A DNA stretch of 64,000 bases from Candidatus Bathyarchaeota archaeon. GTDB lineage: Archaea; Thermoproteota; Bathyarchaeia; 40CM-2-53-6; RBG-13-38-9. Both the position numbers and the translations under genes were made by a program. The stretch is taken from contig CAWECG010000003.1 of the NCBI GenBank assembly GCA_963807605.1, forward strand, positions 96,001-160,000, written 5' to 3'. Below, one piece after another: positions 19,773 to 29,978 of the stretch (position 1 is its first letter; the number at the start of each line of letters is the position of its first letter). The notes under the pieces are model-generated. The model ran no database searches. It was not told the DNA's origin and was given only the letters and a program-made list of their open reading frames with translations.

Positions 19773-20072
19773 CTACGCTTGCTTGGGTGCTGGTTGTCCT
19801 TCGCGCTTTAGAACGATCTCAATAGACGACACTGATCTGTTGCCACCTTCCTCCAACTTGACCTCCTCAGTGCTAATGGACACACCATCGATCTTCAAGT
19901 TGGTCAGAAACCTTCTCCTCGTAATCTCGGCGACGTCAACTGCTGTAGTGATGGCTCGACCTCTGGCTTTAAGGACAACTTCATTATTCCCGACGCTTAA
20001 ACGACTCACAACGGATAGGACGTAGGTCATTAAGGGTTTCCTCCCGATGTAGATAGTGTTTGAATCCAACAA
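19773..20072 (-). CDS. albA: DNA/RNA-binding protein Alba
   Basis: IGRKPLMTYVL...KARGRAITTAVDVAE...VSSIEI. Confidence 0.95.
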   Translation of the reverse strand: MLDSNTIYIGRKPLMTYVLSVVSRLSVGNNEVVLKARGRAITTAVDVAEITRRRFLTNLKIDGVSISTEEVKLEEGGNRSVSSIEIVLKREGQPAPKQA

Positions 20073-20354
20073 ATCTCACCCGCTTTCTAGACGTAGTCTA
20101 CCTAACAAGGATTTAAGGTTGATATTAGCATTCGGATCTCACGGCGTCTTCTTAAAGACGTTGGTTTTAGTGGCAATTTCTAGAATACCTGAAAGCTTGT
20201 AGGAAACGAAGAAATAACCATCGCATGAAAAATAGAACCGGTAAACGTGATTAGAACTCAGCATTTGCGAATAGCTATTCTAACGCGACCGTTAACTAGC
20301 TACGTTGCACGACCAAAAACATATTAGCTGCACCCTATTTTTTTCCCTTCAGAC

Positions 20355-21341
20355 ATGACCAATTCAAGAATGCGCAAGAAGAAGCGCCAAATTGGGAAAC
20401 GATCCCTTGAAATCGCATTCTTGGCTTTGATGATCGGCCTTGTCGTCTTTGCAGTCCACGACTGGTTCATTCAACAGGGATCGGAGGAGACCAATTCTTC
20501 AAGAAAAGCTGCCTTGATCGATCAGCTCTCAATCACTTATCCAAACCCTAGTTTTACTCACGAGTTCACCAAGATCTTAAAGGATTCTGGATTCACCTCT
20601 GACGTCTACAGCGGCTCTCAGGTGAATATCGACCTCTACAGAAGACTACCATCTCTAGGGTACAAGCTCATAGTATTCAGAGTTCATCAATCTACCCCCG
20701 TTGAGTATCTGCTCCCGAATAACAGACCGGTAACTGGATCTCCAGTATACCTCTTTACAGGCGAACCTTATGACCAGCGCGAGTATCTGGTAGAGCAGCT
20801 CTCAGATCTTATCGTTCCTGCAAGAGAGTTCAATGGATCCACGATCTACTTTGCGATAGGTCCACAATTTGTTCAGTCCATGTCTGGCAAATTCCCAAGT
20901 ACAGTGATAATTCTCGCAGGCTGCTCAGGTCTTTACAGCGCGGATCTTGCCGATTCATTCATAGTGAAAGGTGCTTCGGTAGTAGTTGGATGGCAAAGGT
21001 TTGTACAGATGGACTATACTGACAAGGCGATCATTCGTTTTCTTAGGGCCTTGCTTCTTGAGCGGAGTACGATATTCAGAAGCATCATGACCATGACTAG
21101 CGATGTGGGCCTAGATCCCACCTATAAGACCAACTTACTCTGCTATCCGGAGGAGAGAATGGGGCTGACCTTCAGCGAAGCTATTGAATTAAATGAGAAA
21201 GTGATAGTAGTCCAGCAGATAGGTGTGCAATTCGCAATATTCGGCAAATATTGTCTGAAGCCTTTCCAGAAAGCAGATGAGGAGCGTCGGGCTTCGTTAA
21301 TACATCTTCTCCCTTTCGGTCGGTTGCGACACCCATTTTGA
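20355..21341 (+). CDS. Membrane-anchored hypothetical protein, possible caspase/gingipain (clan CD)-like fold
   Basis: Basic N-terminus plus TM helix; strand-His (IVFRVH) and strand-Cys (IILAGCSG) followed by GA..VVGW. Confidence 0.6.
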   Translation: MTNSRMRKKKRQIGKRSLEIAFLALMIGLVVFAVHDWFIQQGSEETNSSRKAALIDQLSITYPNPSFTHEFTKILKDSGFTSDVYSGSQVNIDLYRRLPSLGYKLIVFRVHQSTPVEYLLPNNRPVTGSPVYLFTGEPYDQREYLVEQLSDLIVPAREFNGSTIYFAIGPQFVQSMSGKFPSTVIILAGCSGLYSADLADSFIVKGASVVVGWQRFVQMDYTDKAIIRFLRALLLERSTIFRSIMTMTSDVGLDPTYKTNLLCYPEERMGLTFSEAIELNEKVIVVQQIGVQFAIFGKYCLKPFQKADEERRASLIHLLPFGRLRHPF

Positions 21342-21418
21342 TTCCTATTGGAATATTTCCTCCATCAAACTATTAATAACAGCAAAAGTAATTCAGCCGT
21401 CAAATCGAGCTGACATGC

Positions 21419-22918
21419 TTGAAAATTCACCGAACGATAGAACAGATCAATGAGAAAATACGGAAAGGCGAGGCAACGGTCGTTACAGCGGAGGAAATGA
21501 CTGAAATTGTCAGAAGCCGAGGAGTTGAAGTTGCTGCTAGAGATGTCGACGTGGTCACGACTGGGACCTTTGGTGCAATGTGCGGTTCAGGCGTTTTCCT
21601 GAATTTCGGTCACTCCGACCCTCCAATCAAGATGGAGAGTGTTACACTAAATGGCGTCGAGGCCTATCACGGAAACGCAGCTGTGGATGCATATCTCGGC
21701 GCGACGAAGATGCACCCGGAAAAAAGGTTTGATTACGGTGGAGGCCACGTAATAGAGGATCTCGTCTCTGGTAAAGAAGTAGAGCTAGTCGCTACTGGGT
21801 ACGGCACAGACTGTTATCCAAGGAAGTCTATCAGAACATCGGTAACCATAGATGATCTAAACCAGGCAATCCTCTGCAATCCAAGAAATGCCTATCAGAA
21901 GTACAACGCTGCCACAAATGGAAGGGACGAGTTGATATACACTTACATGGGAAAGCTCCTCCCAAATTATGGGAACGCCACATACTCCGGCTCCGGTGAA
22001 CTGAACCCTCTTACAAACGATCCTGATTACGAGAGCATAGGTGTGGGCACACGGATCTTTCTCGGCGGCGGAATAGGATACGTAACCGGTCCCGGAACCC
22101 AACATGAACCAGCAAACGGATTAGGCACCCTGATGGTTCAGGGCGACCTCAAAAGGATGAACTCAAAATTCCTCAGAGGCGGCAGCTTCACGAACTATGG
22201 TGCAACACTCTACGTCGGGCTTGGCATACCGATACCAATACTCAACGAGGGACTGGCCATGAAGACTGGCGTAAGTGACGAAGAGGTCAAGACGAATCTC
22301 TTGGACTATGGGATCCCACGCAGGAGCAGACCGATCATTAAAGTGACGGACTATGCGGAACTCAAATCAGGAAAGATAAGGCTGAAAGATAGAACAATCC
22401 CCGTCACCGCCCTCTCAAGTCTCAGGCTTGCGAGAGAAGTTGCGTCAACATTGAAACGTTGGATCAACGAAGGAAAGTTTCTACTCACATCTCCACAGGA
22501 AAGGCTACCACATGTAGGAACACTGAAACCAATGAAGATAAGCAGAGAAACATTATTCGCTCAGAACATAATGGTTCCTGCTGTAACATGCAAACCTGAA
22601 GAAGATATCGATACAGTAGCCAGGCGAATAGTTGAAGAGAACGTCAATCATGTGGTTGCTGTAGAACCAGCAGGAGCGCTCAGCGGCATCGTCACCTCAT
22701 TCGACATTACTAGAGCCGTCGCTCTGAAAAAGCGCAAACTCTCTGACGTGATGACCAAGCAGGTCGTGACAGCCTCACCAGACGAGCCTATTGAGTCATG
22801 TGTGCGGAAGATGAAGAAACACGATATCTCAGCCCTACCAGTTATCGATGCGGAGAGGAATATTCTCGGCATCGTGACCAGTGAACGAATCAGCAGATTG
22901 TTTGGGGAGTACCAGTAG
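21419..22918 (+). CDS. L-aspartate semialdehyde sulfurtransferase (DUF39-CBS, MA1821/MJ0100 family)
   Basis: INEKI..G.A.VVTAEE, DVVTTGTFGAMC, GYGTDCYPR and NPRNAYQ; C-terminal CBS pair. Confidence 0.9.
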   Translation: MKIHRTIEQINEKIRKGEATVVTAEEMTEIVRSRGVEVAARDVDVVTTGTFGAMCGSGVFLNFGHSDPPIKMESVTLNGVEAYHGNAAVDAYLGATKMHPEKRFDYGGGHVIEDLVSGKEVELVATGYGTDCYPRKSIRTSVTIDDLNQAILCNPRNAYQKYNAATNGRDELIYTYMGKLLPNYGNATYSGSGELNPLTNDPDYESIGVGTRIFLGGGIGYVTGPGTQHEPANGLGTLMVQGDLKRMNSKFLRGGSFTNYGATLYVGLGIPIPILNEGLAMKTGVSDEEVKTNLLDYGIPRRSRPIIKVTDYAELKSGKIRLKDRTIPVTALSSLRLAREVASTLKRWINEGKFLLTSPQERLPHVGTLKPMKISRETLFAQNIMVPAVTCKPEEDIDTVARRIVEENVNHVVAVEPAGALSGIVTSFDITRAVALKKRKLSDVMTKQVVTASPDEPIESCVRKMKKHDISALPVIDAERNILGIVTSERISRLFGEYQ

Positions 22919-22919
22919 T

Positions 22920-23303
22920 ATGAAGGCACGTTTAAGATTCAACAAGGAAAGGACCGCAGAGCCGATCATATCCTCGGTAATACTGAAGACCAAGGCTCCA
23001 ATAAACATCCTTCGAGCCGAAGTGGACGAGAGCGAAGGAGAAGTTCTTGTTGAGGTTCCAGATGAGAAGGCAGAGGGGACTATCGCAGCCTTCAAACAGA
23101 TGGGCGTCGATGTTCAAGTCGGACGATTCATAGAGATTTCGCGTGAGAGATGCATTGACTGTGGACATTGCATAACGATATGCCCGGTTGCAGCCATAGC
23201 AGCAGGAGAGGACCTCTCGGTCAACATCGATCCTCAGAAGTGCATAAATTGTGGGGCATGCATCGACTCCTGCCCAACAAGAGCTATCAAGATGCTCCAG
23301 TAG
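22920..23303 (+). CDS. NIL-domain 2x[4Fe-4S] ferredoxin (MA1822-like)
   Basis: INILRA NIL motif and two CxxCxxCxxxCP motifs; start corrected to the ATG at 22920. Confidence 0.9.
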   Translation: MKARLRFNKERTAEPIISSVILKTKAPINILRAEVDESEGEVLVEVPDEKAEGTIAAFKQMGVDVQVGRFIEISRERCIDCGHCITICPVAAIAAGEDLSVNIDPQKCINCGACIDSCPTRAIKMLQ

Positions 23304-23314
23304 GAGGGTGGGAC

Positions 23315-24046
23315 ATGGCAGAGGCACTTACATATCGAAGAGTAATCGGAGAGTCTTCAATACTAGTCAAGACGGACTTTCATGAGACTGCTGAAGCTGC
23401 CTTCCAAACGATCACCAGGAATAGAGTGGAACTTGAGAGGTACGTAAGAGCCTTCCCTGAATTTCTCCTCGCGCTAGATCCCCTGAGAGTAAGCCAAGAC
23501 GCTCCTGAGATCGTCGTGAGGATGTCTCAAGCCGCTGAAAAGGCAAATGTAGGCCCGATGGCTGCTGTTGCCGGAGCCTTGGCGGATCTCGCAACCGAGG
23601 AGATGACTAGACAGGGGGCAAAGATTGCAGTCGTCGAGAACGGTGGAGAGATCTCGATCCGAAGTGAAGTCAAGGTGGATGTGGCAATATATTCAGGGAA
23701 ATCTCCTATCTCCGGAAGACTTGGCTTCCGAATCCTTCCACATGAGATTCCTCTTGGCCTTGCCACAAGCTCCGGCACTGTAGGCCATGCTCTGAGCTTC
23801 GGTTTTGCCGATTCAGCCACAGTCATAGCTGATGATGCAGCTCTGGCGGATGCAGCGGCGACGGCGGTCTGTAATGCTGTTGAAGACGAAGATTTGGAGA
23901 TTTCGATCCAGAAGGGTTTGAAGGTTGCCAGTACAATTCAAGGAGTTAGAGGAGCTCTAATAGTTAGAGACGACCATGTGGGCATGGTCGGGCGTCTTCC
24001 AGAACTAATCGGCATAGACCTTTGTTCTCAGTCTCAATCGCGTTAG
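23315..24046 (+). CDS. UPF0280/ApbE-like protein (COG2122)
   Basis: VGPMAAVAGA, ENGGEI, TSSGTVGHALSFG and ADAAATA; start corrected to the ATG at 23315. Confidence 0.88.
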   Translation: MAEALTYRRVIGESSILVKTDFHETAEAAFQTITRNRVELERYVRAFPEFLLALDPLRVSQDAPEIVVRMSQAAEKANVGPMAAVAGALADLATEEMTRQGAKIAVVENGGEISIRSEVKVDVAIYSGKSPISGRLGFRILPHEIPLGLATSSGTVGHALSFGFADSATVIADDAALADAAATAVCNAVEDEDLEISIQKGLKVASTIQGVRGALIVRDDHVGMVGRLPELIGIDLCSQSQSR

Positions 24047-24810
24047 TGACCAGAGGGAGTGTGGTTGCAAACTCTCCTAAATTCGAGTTTGTAGAACTCT
24101 ACATCTGATCCTTCACAAGTCGTCACAAGTTGACCTTCATAATCAAGACAAACGACCAGTTTCCGTATCTTCTCTAAGGAAGTGCCAGTGGACTTTGCAT
24201 AGCCCGCCGCGAGCCTGCAGACCTGTGCAACTGAGGAGTCTCGTGCCCTAGTCTCAAGCTCAACAACCACCGGGTTGCCTTTTCCGTCTCTTAAGAGTGC
24301 ATCAATAACTCCCGCGTCGGTCTCAAAGTTCCTGCCCAAGGGAACCATTCCTTTTTCCAAAGATTCAGGGTAGTCGAAGAGTATCTTGATCAATGGATCC
24401 TCTAGAATACCTCTTGCCTCACGATACTCATCCGGGCCAACTCTTAAGATTCTGGAGAGTGCATCAACAGGACTACTATAGCTCGTGCCAAGCAAGTGCG
24501 GATAGACATCCAGGGGGGTTCCATTCTTCTTAAGCAGAACAACTGGCGTATTCTTTAGATTGAGTCGTTTAGTTCCGGAAAAGGGTAGTATGTGATTTCC
24601 TGAGCTGACTATTCTGCCTCTTACCTGCGGCGGTATCGACCTGATTGATGACTGGAGCCGTTCGATCTCGGTTGAAGTCAGCCGTCCAGTCTCGAAGATC
24701 GCGTAATCGGCATTCCACTTAAGTTTCAACTCCTCGAGTACAGTGGTTAGTTGTTTGAGTTTGGACACGTAGGAACCTTCGGGATCAAAATAAAGGTCGA
24801 ACTGATACAA
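24043..24810 (-). CDS. Protein with C-terminal NucS/EndoMS-like (DUF91) PD-(D/E)XK domain, degenerate
   Basis: LE...P..LE.G...GVIDALLRD..G.PVVVELE...A..SSVAQ. Confidence 0.7.
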   Translation of the reverse strand: MYQFDLYFDPEGSYVSKLKQLTTVLEELKLKWNADYAIFETGRLTSTEIERLQSSIRSIPPQVRGRIVSSGNHILPFSGTKRLNLKNTPVVLLKKNGTPLDVYPHLLGTSYSSPVDALSRILRVGPDEYREARGILEDPLIKILFDYPESLEKGMVPLGRNFETDAGVIDALLRDGKGNPVVVELETRARDSSVAQVCRLAAGYAKSTGTSLEKIRKLVVCLDYEGQLVTTCEGSDVEFYKLEFRRVCNHTPSGH

Positions 24811-24833
24811 GCCGCCACGACACCGAATGAAGC

Positions 24834-25337
24834 TCAGTATATCGAGACCTTGGCTATCCCGGGAACCTTAAGCAGTTTTGGGATCAGTTCGCCGGGCAAT
24901 TCCTTCTCAGCTATCAGCGTTAGCTTAGGCTCAGGGGAGAGTTCTGGGTCATCCACTATAGCTTGCCTGATGCTTATGTTGTGCTCAGAGATTAACGTTG
25001 AAGCCTTTGCTAAGATTCCTACGGAGTGCGGGTCTTGGGGGGTTATCTCCAAGACGCCGAATTCGAGATGTTTTGCAATCTCCCTGAGCGATAGACCGGC
25101 AGATCTCATATGCGTGAATATCTCCTTCAACTGAGGGTTGGAGGAGATCGTCTGGATTGTCTTGGTGACGGTTCTCCTATCCACCCCTGCTGCTTGGGCA
25201 ACCCTTTTTGTCGGGATCTCTATTTGGTTGCAGTAAATCTTCCCATCCCTTATTGAGAGCCCAGTCTCGATGAGGAGTCGGGCTACTGCAAGTCTTTCTG
25301 GGTGTCCTTCCAAATGTTTGGCAATATTGCTCCACAT
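24834..25337 (-). CDS. ACT-domain regulator of amino-acid metabolism (COG2150-like)
   Basis: N-terminal HTH GVDRR and C-terminal ACT GIL...ISIRQAI.DDPE; start moved to MWSNI. Confidence 0.85.
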   Translation of the reverse strand: MWSNIAKHLEGHPERLAVARLLIETGLSIRDGKIYCNQIEIPTKRVAQAAGVDRRTVTKTIQTISSNPQLKEIFTHMRSAGLSLREIAKHLEFGVLEITPQDPHSVGILAKASTLISEHNISIRQAIVDDPELSPEPKLTLIAEKELPGELIPKLLKVPGIAKVSIY

Positions 25338-25435
25338 GGTAGTCCACATAATATTTTGAGTATTAATGTGTACACGAAAGATTAAAATATTTCCTAGAGG
25401 TCCAAGAAAGGACAAAAACGTAAAGAGTGATACAA

Positions 25436-26806
25436 ATGTCAAAAAAGACAGTCAAAGTCAACCTGACCACTGATGAGATGCCTAAGAGATGGTACAACAT
25501 ACTACCACACCTTCCTCCAGGCTACCCGCCCCCTCTGGACCCGAAGACTCTCAAGCCTCTATCGCCAGAACCGCTGTTGAGGCTTTTCGCTAAGGAATGC
25601 ATCATGCAGGCTGTCTCAACTCAGCCTGAGATAGACATTCCAGAAGAAGTCCTTGAGACATACATGACAATGGGGAGGCCAACCCCTCTGCAGCGTGCAG
25701 CAAGACTAGAGAAACACCTTGGAACACCTGCCAAGATCTATTTCAAGAGAGAAGACGTCAATCCTGTTGGAAGCCACAAACCGAATACTGCCATACCCCA
25801 GGCCTACTACAGCATGAAAGACGGCGCTGAAAGGCTCACAACTGAAACGGGAGCTGGACAGTGGGGTTCAGCACTCGCCTTAGCATGTGCTCTTTTCGAT
25901 TTGGACTTAACTGTGTATATGACAAGGAGCAGCTATCTGAGCAAGCCGGGCCGAAAAACAATGATAGAGGCCTACGGAGCAAATGTGTTCCCTTCTCCGA
26001 GTGACAACACTGAAGTGGGGAGGGAAATGCTCAAGCAGGATCCAAATCATCCTGGAAGCCTCGGGATAGCTATCAGCGAAGCGGTTGAAGACTGCTTAAA
26101 AGATGACAAGACAAAATACTCTCTCGGAAGCGTTCTGGACTTTGTCTTATTACACCAAAGCATAATCGGACTTGAAGCCAAGAAGCAGATGGAACTTTTT
26201 GACGCCTACCCGGATATCGTGATTGGCTGCATCGGCGGCGGAAGCAACTTTGGAGGCATCAGCTACCCGTTCCTTCATGACAAACTAAAGGGCAAAAGAG
26301 ACACGAGATTCATCGGAGTCGAACCTTCAGCAGTACCCTCCACAACCAAAGGCGTCTATCAATACGACTATGGCGACACATCAGAGCTTACATTTCTGGC
26401 CAAGATGTATACTGTAGGACACACTTTCCAATGTCCACCCATCCATGCCGGAGGCCTAAGATACCACGGAAAAGCACCAAGCCTGTCCTTCCTGATAAAC
26501 AAGGGTTTGATTGAGAGCCGCGCTTACGGTCAAAGACAAGCAATGGAGGCAGCAGACCTATTCGCCAACACTGAAGGCTTCATAGCTGCACCAGAGACTG
26601 CACATGCAATCAAAGCGACCATAGACCTTGCTCTTGAGTGCAAGAAGACAGGCGAAGAGAAGGCGATACTCTTCAACTATAGCGGCCACGGACTTCTCGA
26701 CCTCAGTGTCTACGACGAATACCATGCGAGCACCCTGAAAGATTTTGCGGCCACCAAGGAGATGTTGGAGGCTGGGCTTAGGTCACTACCTAAGATCCCT
26801 GCCTGA
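25436..26806 (+). CDS. trpB2: Tryptophan synthase beta chain type 2
   Basis: GSHKPNTA (PLP Lys), TETGAGQWG, GGGSN, HAGGLRYHG and SGHGLLD. Confidence 0.93.
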   Translation: MSKKTVKVNLTTDEMPKRWYNILPHLPPGYPPPLDPKTLKPLSPEPLLRLFAKECIMQAVSTQPEIDIPEEVLETYMTMGRPTPLQRAARLEKHLGTPAKIYFKREDVNPVGSHKPNTAIPQAYYSMKDGAERLTTETGAGQWGSALALACALFDLDLTVYMTRSSYLSKPGRKTMIEAYGANVFPSPSDNTEVGREMLKQDPNHPGSLGIAISEAVEDCLKDDKTKYSLGSVLDFVLLHQSIIGLEAKKQMELFDAYPDIVIGCIGGGSNFGGISYPFLHDKLKGKRDTRFIGVEPSAVPSTTKGVYQYDYGDTSELTFLAKMYTVGHTFQCPPIHAGGLRYHGKAPSLSFLINKGLIESRAYGQRQAMEAADLFANTEGFIAAPETAHAIKATIDLALECKKTGEEKAILFNYSGHGLLDLSVYDEYHASTLKDFAATKEMLEAGLRSLPKIPA

Positions 26807-26900
26807 TCCTCCTTTTTTCTACAGGTATCTAGAGTTTTCACAACAATTTCTTTACCAACGAGACTTATAGTCCAACCTCCTTTCGTCTGCATGAGAGCAC

Positions 26901-27551
26901 TTGCTCAAAGACATCCTGCGGGAATGGGATAGAGAAGATCAGAAACCTCTCCTAACCCGCTTGAAAGGAAAAGTTCTAAGATCTCGCCCACTCAGGGAGC
27001 GGATAATATTCTGCATTTACCGCCTCATAATTCAAAAAGACAGATTGGAGATAGTTATCCTAAAACTCAAGCGGCGTGACGGAGAGATCTTTGGCAAGTG
27101 TGTAGAAGCCAAAATGAGAAAAGACGAGGCCAGAGCTTCAATCTACGCCGAAGAACGCCATGAAGTCAGAAAGTTATTCAAGATAGTCTACCACTGCAAA
27201 CTTCGAATTGAGCAAGCAATACTCAGACTTGAGACGATAGAGATATTCTCCGGCCTAGCTGCCTCTGTCATCATCCCCATGAGCATCATTAAAGAAATAA
27301 GGAGCAAGCTGGCAGGGATTCTACCATCAGTGTCTTCCCAAATTGGTCAAATCGCATCCGAACTTGAAAATATCGTCGTGGTCGCAGGGGGAGCAGAACC
27401 AAGTAATATCGAAGTCTCAAGTCTTACTGATGAGGCCAGCCTAATACTTAAACAGGCACAGGCAGTTGTTGAGGAAAAGACTAAGGAAGTCTTCCCCGAT
27501 CTCCTAGACGAACAAGTCCCAGAGCTAGACCGTGAACTAGAGCCGGCTTGA
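26901..27551 (+). CDS. CdvB/ESCRT-III (Snf7-family) protein
   Basis: Helical hairpin PLRERI...RL..Q..RLE; C.EA...D..RASIYAEE...LRLET; acidic tail. Confidence 0.8.
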   Translation: MLKDILREWDREDQKPLLTRLKGKVLRSRPLRERIIFCIYRLIIQKDRLEIVILKLKRRDGEIFGKCVEAKMRKDEARASIYAEERHEVRKLFKIVYHCKLRIEQAILRLETIEIFSGLAASVIIPMSIIKEIRSKLAGILPSVSSQIGQIASELENIVVVAGGAEPSNIEVSSLTDEASLILKQAQAVVEEKTKEVFPDLLDEQVPELDRELEPA

Positions 27552-27791
27552 ATGCAGAAGAAGCACACGATCTCTTAGAGCCGTCGGTAAAAAGTGACTG
27601 CTGGCTGGTTTTGCAGTTTTGAAGCGCTATTTTTTTGCGTGAATGTGAATAGCGCTCGCGCAAACCTAGAATAACGCCGACTCAGAACGTTGCTCATCCC
27701 AACTTGGCTTGAACGCATTGAATCTTCACAAGAAATCACAGTCGCTCTTAACTCAATCTTTAAGAATTAGAAGCTTCTTCTTCAAGGAGTC

Positions 27792-28883
27792 ATGTCCTCT
27801 TATGATGGTTTAGTGAAGAACGTTCTTTCCACCACTCTTGGCATTCAGTCAGGTGACGATGTTATCGTCGAAACATGGGATCATGGTCTCCCAATCGCGG
27901 ATGCTTTCATCTATCATTTGCGTGAGCTGGGTGCGCGTCCGATGCTTCTGTTTGAGCATGAGGAGGCATTCTGGAAACGTGCCGAGTCTCTTTCGGGCGA
28001 TGTGCTGGGAAAGGTTGGTGAACATGAATGGGCTGCAATGGAGAAGGCAAAGGGATATGTATTCATCCCTGGACCTGCGAACTTCACAAAAGTCTGGAAG
28101 AACATTTCAAAGTTCCATGCCGCTGTTAGTTACAATCAGGAATGGTATGAAAGGGCTAAACGTTGCCGCTTGAAGGCAGCGCGAATTGCATTGGGCTATG
28201 CTTCTCGGGAACGCGCCCGAGGCTCCAATATTTCATTTACTGCTTGGCAGCGTATGCTACTCGCCGCTTCTAACATCGACTATGAAGCGCTTAAAGATAA
28301 GATGGGGAAGGTTGCTGCTTTGCTTCGTAATGGTCAAGTCCATATCACGGCTCCCAATGGGACGGACCTGAATCTACGATTGGCAGGTCGAGATGCTTAC
28401 CCGGAAGATTGCATAGTTGACAACGATGACTTAGACCATGGGCGAAACACAGCTAACATACCAGGCGGCAACCTGTTAGTGTGTCCTGACGAGAATTATG
28501 CGGACGGAACCATAGTCTTTGATAGACCAACTCCCTACATGGGCAAATGGGTTAACGGAATCCGCTTTGACTTCAAGAACGGAACATTGAATGAGCATCG
28601 AGCCCGTTTGAACGCGAATGTTCTGAAAGCGAGCTATGAGAAAGCTACAGGCGAAAAAGACAAAGTTGCAGTTCTAGGAATAGGATTGAACCCAAAGGCA
28701 CGGCTCGGATTCTTACAAGACAACATCTGCGCAGGAGCCATAACTGTTGGAATTGGTGGCAATGATGATGTGGGAGGCGCGAACAAAACGAACTTCTACT
28801 TTCCAGGCGTAATAACGAAAGCGACACTAACCATCGACGACAACACCATCATCCAAAACGGGAAAGTCACTCTAACCTCCTAA
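27792..28883 (+). CDS. M29 (thermophilic aminopeptidase)-like protein with apparent loss of metal ligands
   Basis: Family layout with GTDL, NIPGG, DGTIVFD and LGIGLNP. Confidence 0.75.
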   Translation: MSSYDGLVKNVLSTTLGIQSGDDVIVETWDHGLPIADAFIYHLRELGARPMLLFEHEEAFWKRAESLSGDVLGKVGEHEWAAMEKAKGYVFIPGPANFTKVWKNISKFHAAVSYNQEWYERAKRCRLKAARIALGYASRERARGSNISFTAWQRMLLAASNIDYEALKDKMGKVAALLRNGQVHITAPNGTDLNLRLAGRDAYPEDCIVDNDDLDHGRNTANIPGGNLLVCPDENYADGTIVFDRPTPYMGKWVNGIRFDFKNGTLNEHRARLNANVLKASYEKATGEKDKVAVLGIGLNPKARLGFLQDNICAGAITVGIGGNDDVGGANKTNFYFPGVITKATLTIDDNTIIQNGKVTLTS

Positions 28884-28940
28884 CAACCAACATTGTCATA
28901 AACAAATCGTTCGTCGTGTTCGTATTACCAATTTCAACTA

Positions 28941-29978
28941 TAGTAGCTAACTTAAGTATTTGACTATATTTAATCTGAATCTCTTTGTTCTCAGCGTCTT
29001 TGAGATCTCTTTCTTCATGGCTTCGAATGTCGGATGGATGTGGTTGGCTTGTATGATGTCCTTGCTCTGTCTCCAGCATTCCTCGATGGGGTTGAGTTCC
29101 GGCCTGGCTGAGGGGAACCACTTGACATTTATGCAGCTGCGATTTTTGCGCAGCCACCGTTGGACACGTCGGTTGCGGTGATGGGGTACAGACTTATCTA
29201 GAAAGATAAGGAATACGCCGAACTTTCGTTTAAGCACCCTCATGTAGGCGAGGAAGCTTTCACCGTTTATCGCATCGTACTGCCGGAAGAGCTGCCTACT
29301 GTCGAGGGAGACGGCGCCGAAGAGGCAGGTGCGACGGTGGGAACCCGTTGTCAATACCATGGGCGTGCGTCCCCTCTTGGCCCACACGTAGCGGGAGACA
29401 GAGTCGTAGAGGAAGATGGACTCGTCCTCGCATAATACCGTCCAACCGTTCCTTTCCGCCTCTTTTACCGCTTTTTTCGCCCTTTTTTAAAACGGTTGAC
29501 CTCTTCGTCTGAGGCAGCGTTGACGTGCCTTCTGTCTGGTCGCTTTCTTGAAAGCCCCCACGAGTGGAGGAGACGGGTGATGTGCATGAGCGAGTACCGG
29601 ACGCCGGTCTGCTCATGAACAAGCTTCAGGACCTCCGTGGCGGTGGTGTACTCCTTCCCCTTCACGATTCTCTTTATGCACTCCATCTCCATGCTGGAGA
29701 TTTTCTGAGGTCTTCCAGACTTGGGCTTATTACGTAGACCGGGAAGCCCTTCCTTCTGGAAGCGGTACTTCCAGTAGAGGACCTTGGAGTGGGGACAATT
29801 ATGCTCCCTACCCACATCGTAGGAGGAGAGGCCGTCCAAAAGCTTCAGCACCATCAGAATCCTCTCTTTGACCTTCAGGTTCTTTTCGGCTCTCCACGCC
29901 TCTTCCAGAACTGACCTATCCATGCAATCCTGAATGCCTGATGTTACATAAATAGTCAACTACTTTAGTTAGTCACTA
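28941..29978 (-). mobile_element. IS630-family insertion sequence
   Basis: Imperfect TIRs TAGTAGCTAACTTAAGTATTTGACTAT versus reverse-complement TAGTGACTAACTAAAGTAGTTGACTAT; TA flanks at 28939-40 and 29979-80. Confidence 0.9.
28947..29959 (-). CDS. IS630 transposase, two ORFs (HTH plus DDE) joined by a -1 frameshift
   Basis: OrfA has HTH, GRP and FKK. The -1 frame reads LCEDES...LDKS..H...PELNPIE. In-frame slippery A_AAA_AAG at 29471-29477. Confidence 0.85.
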
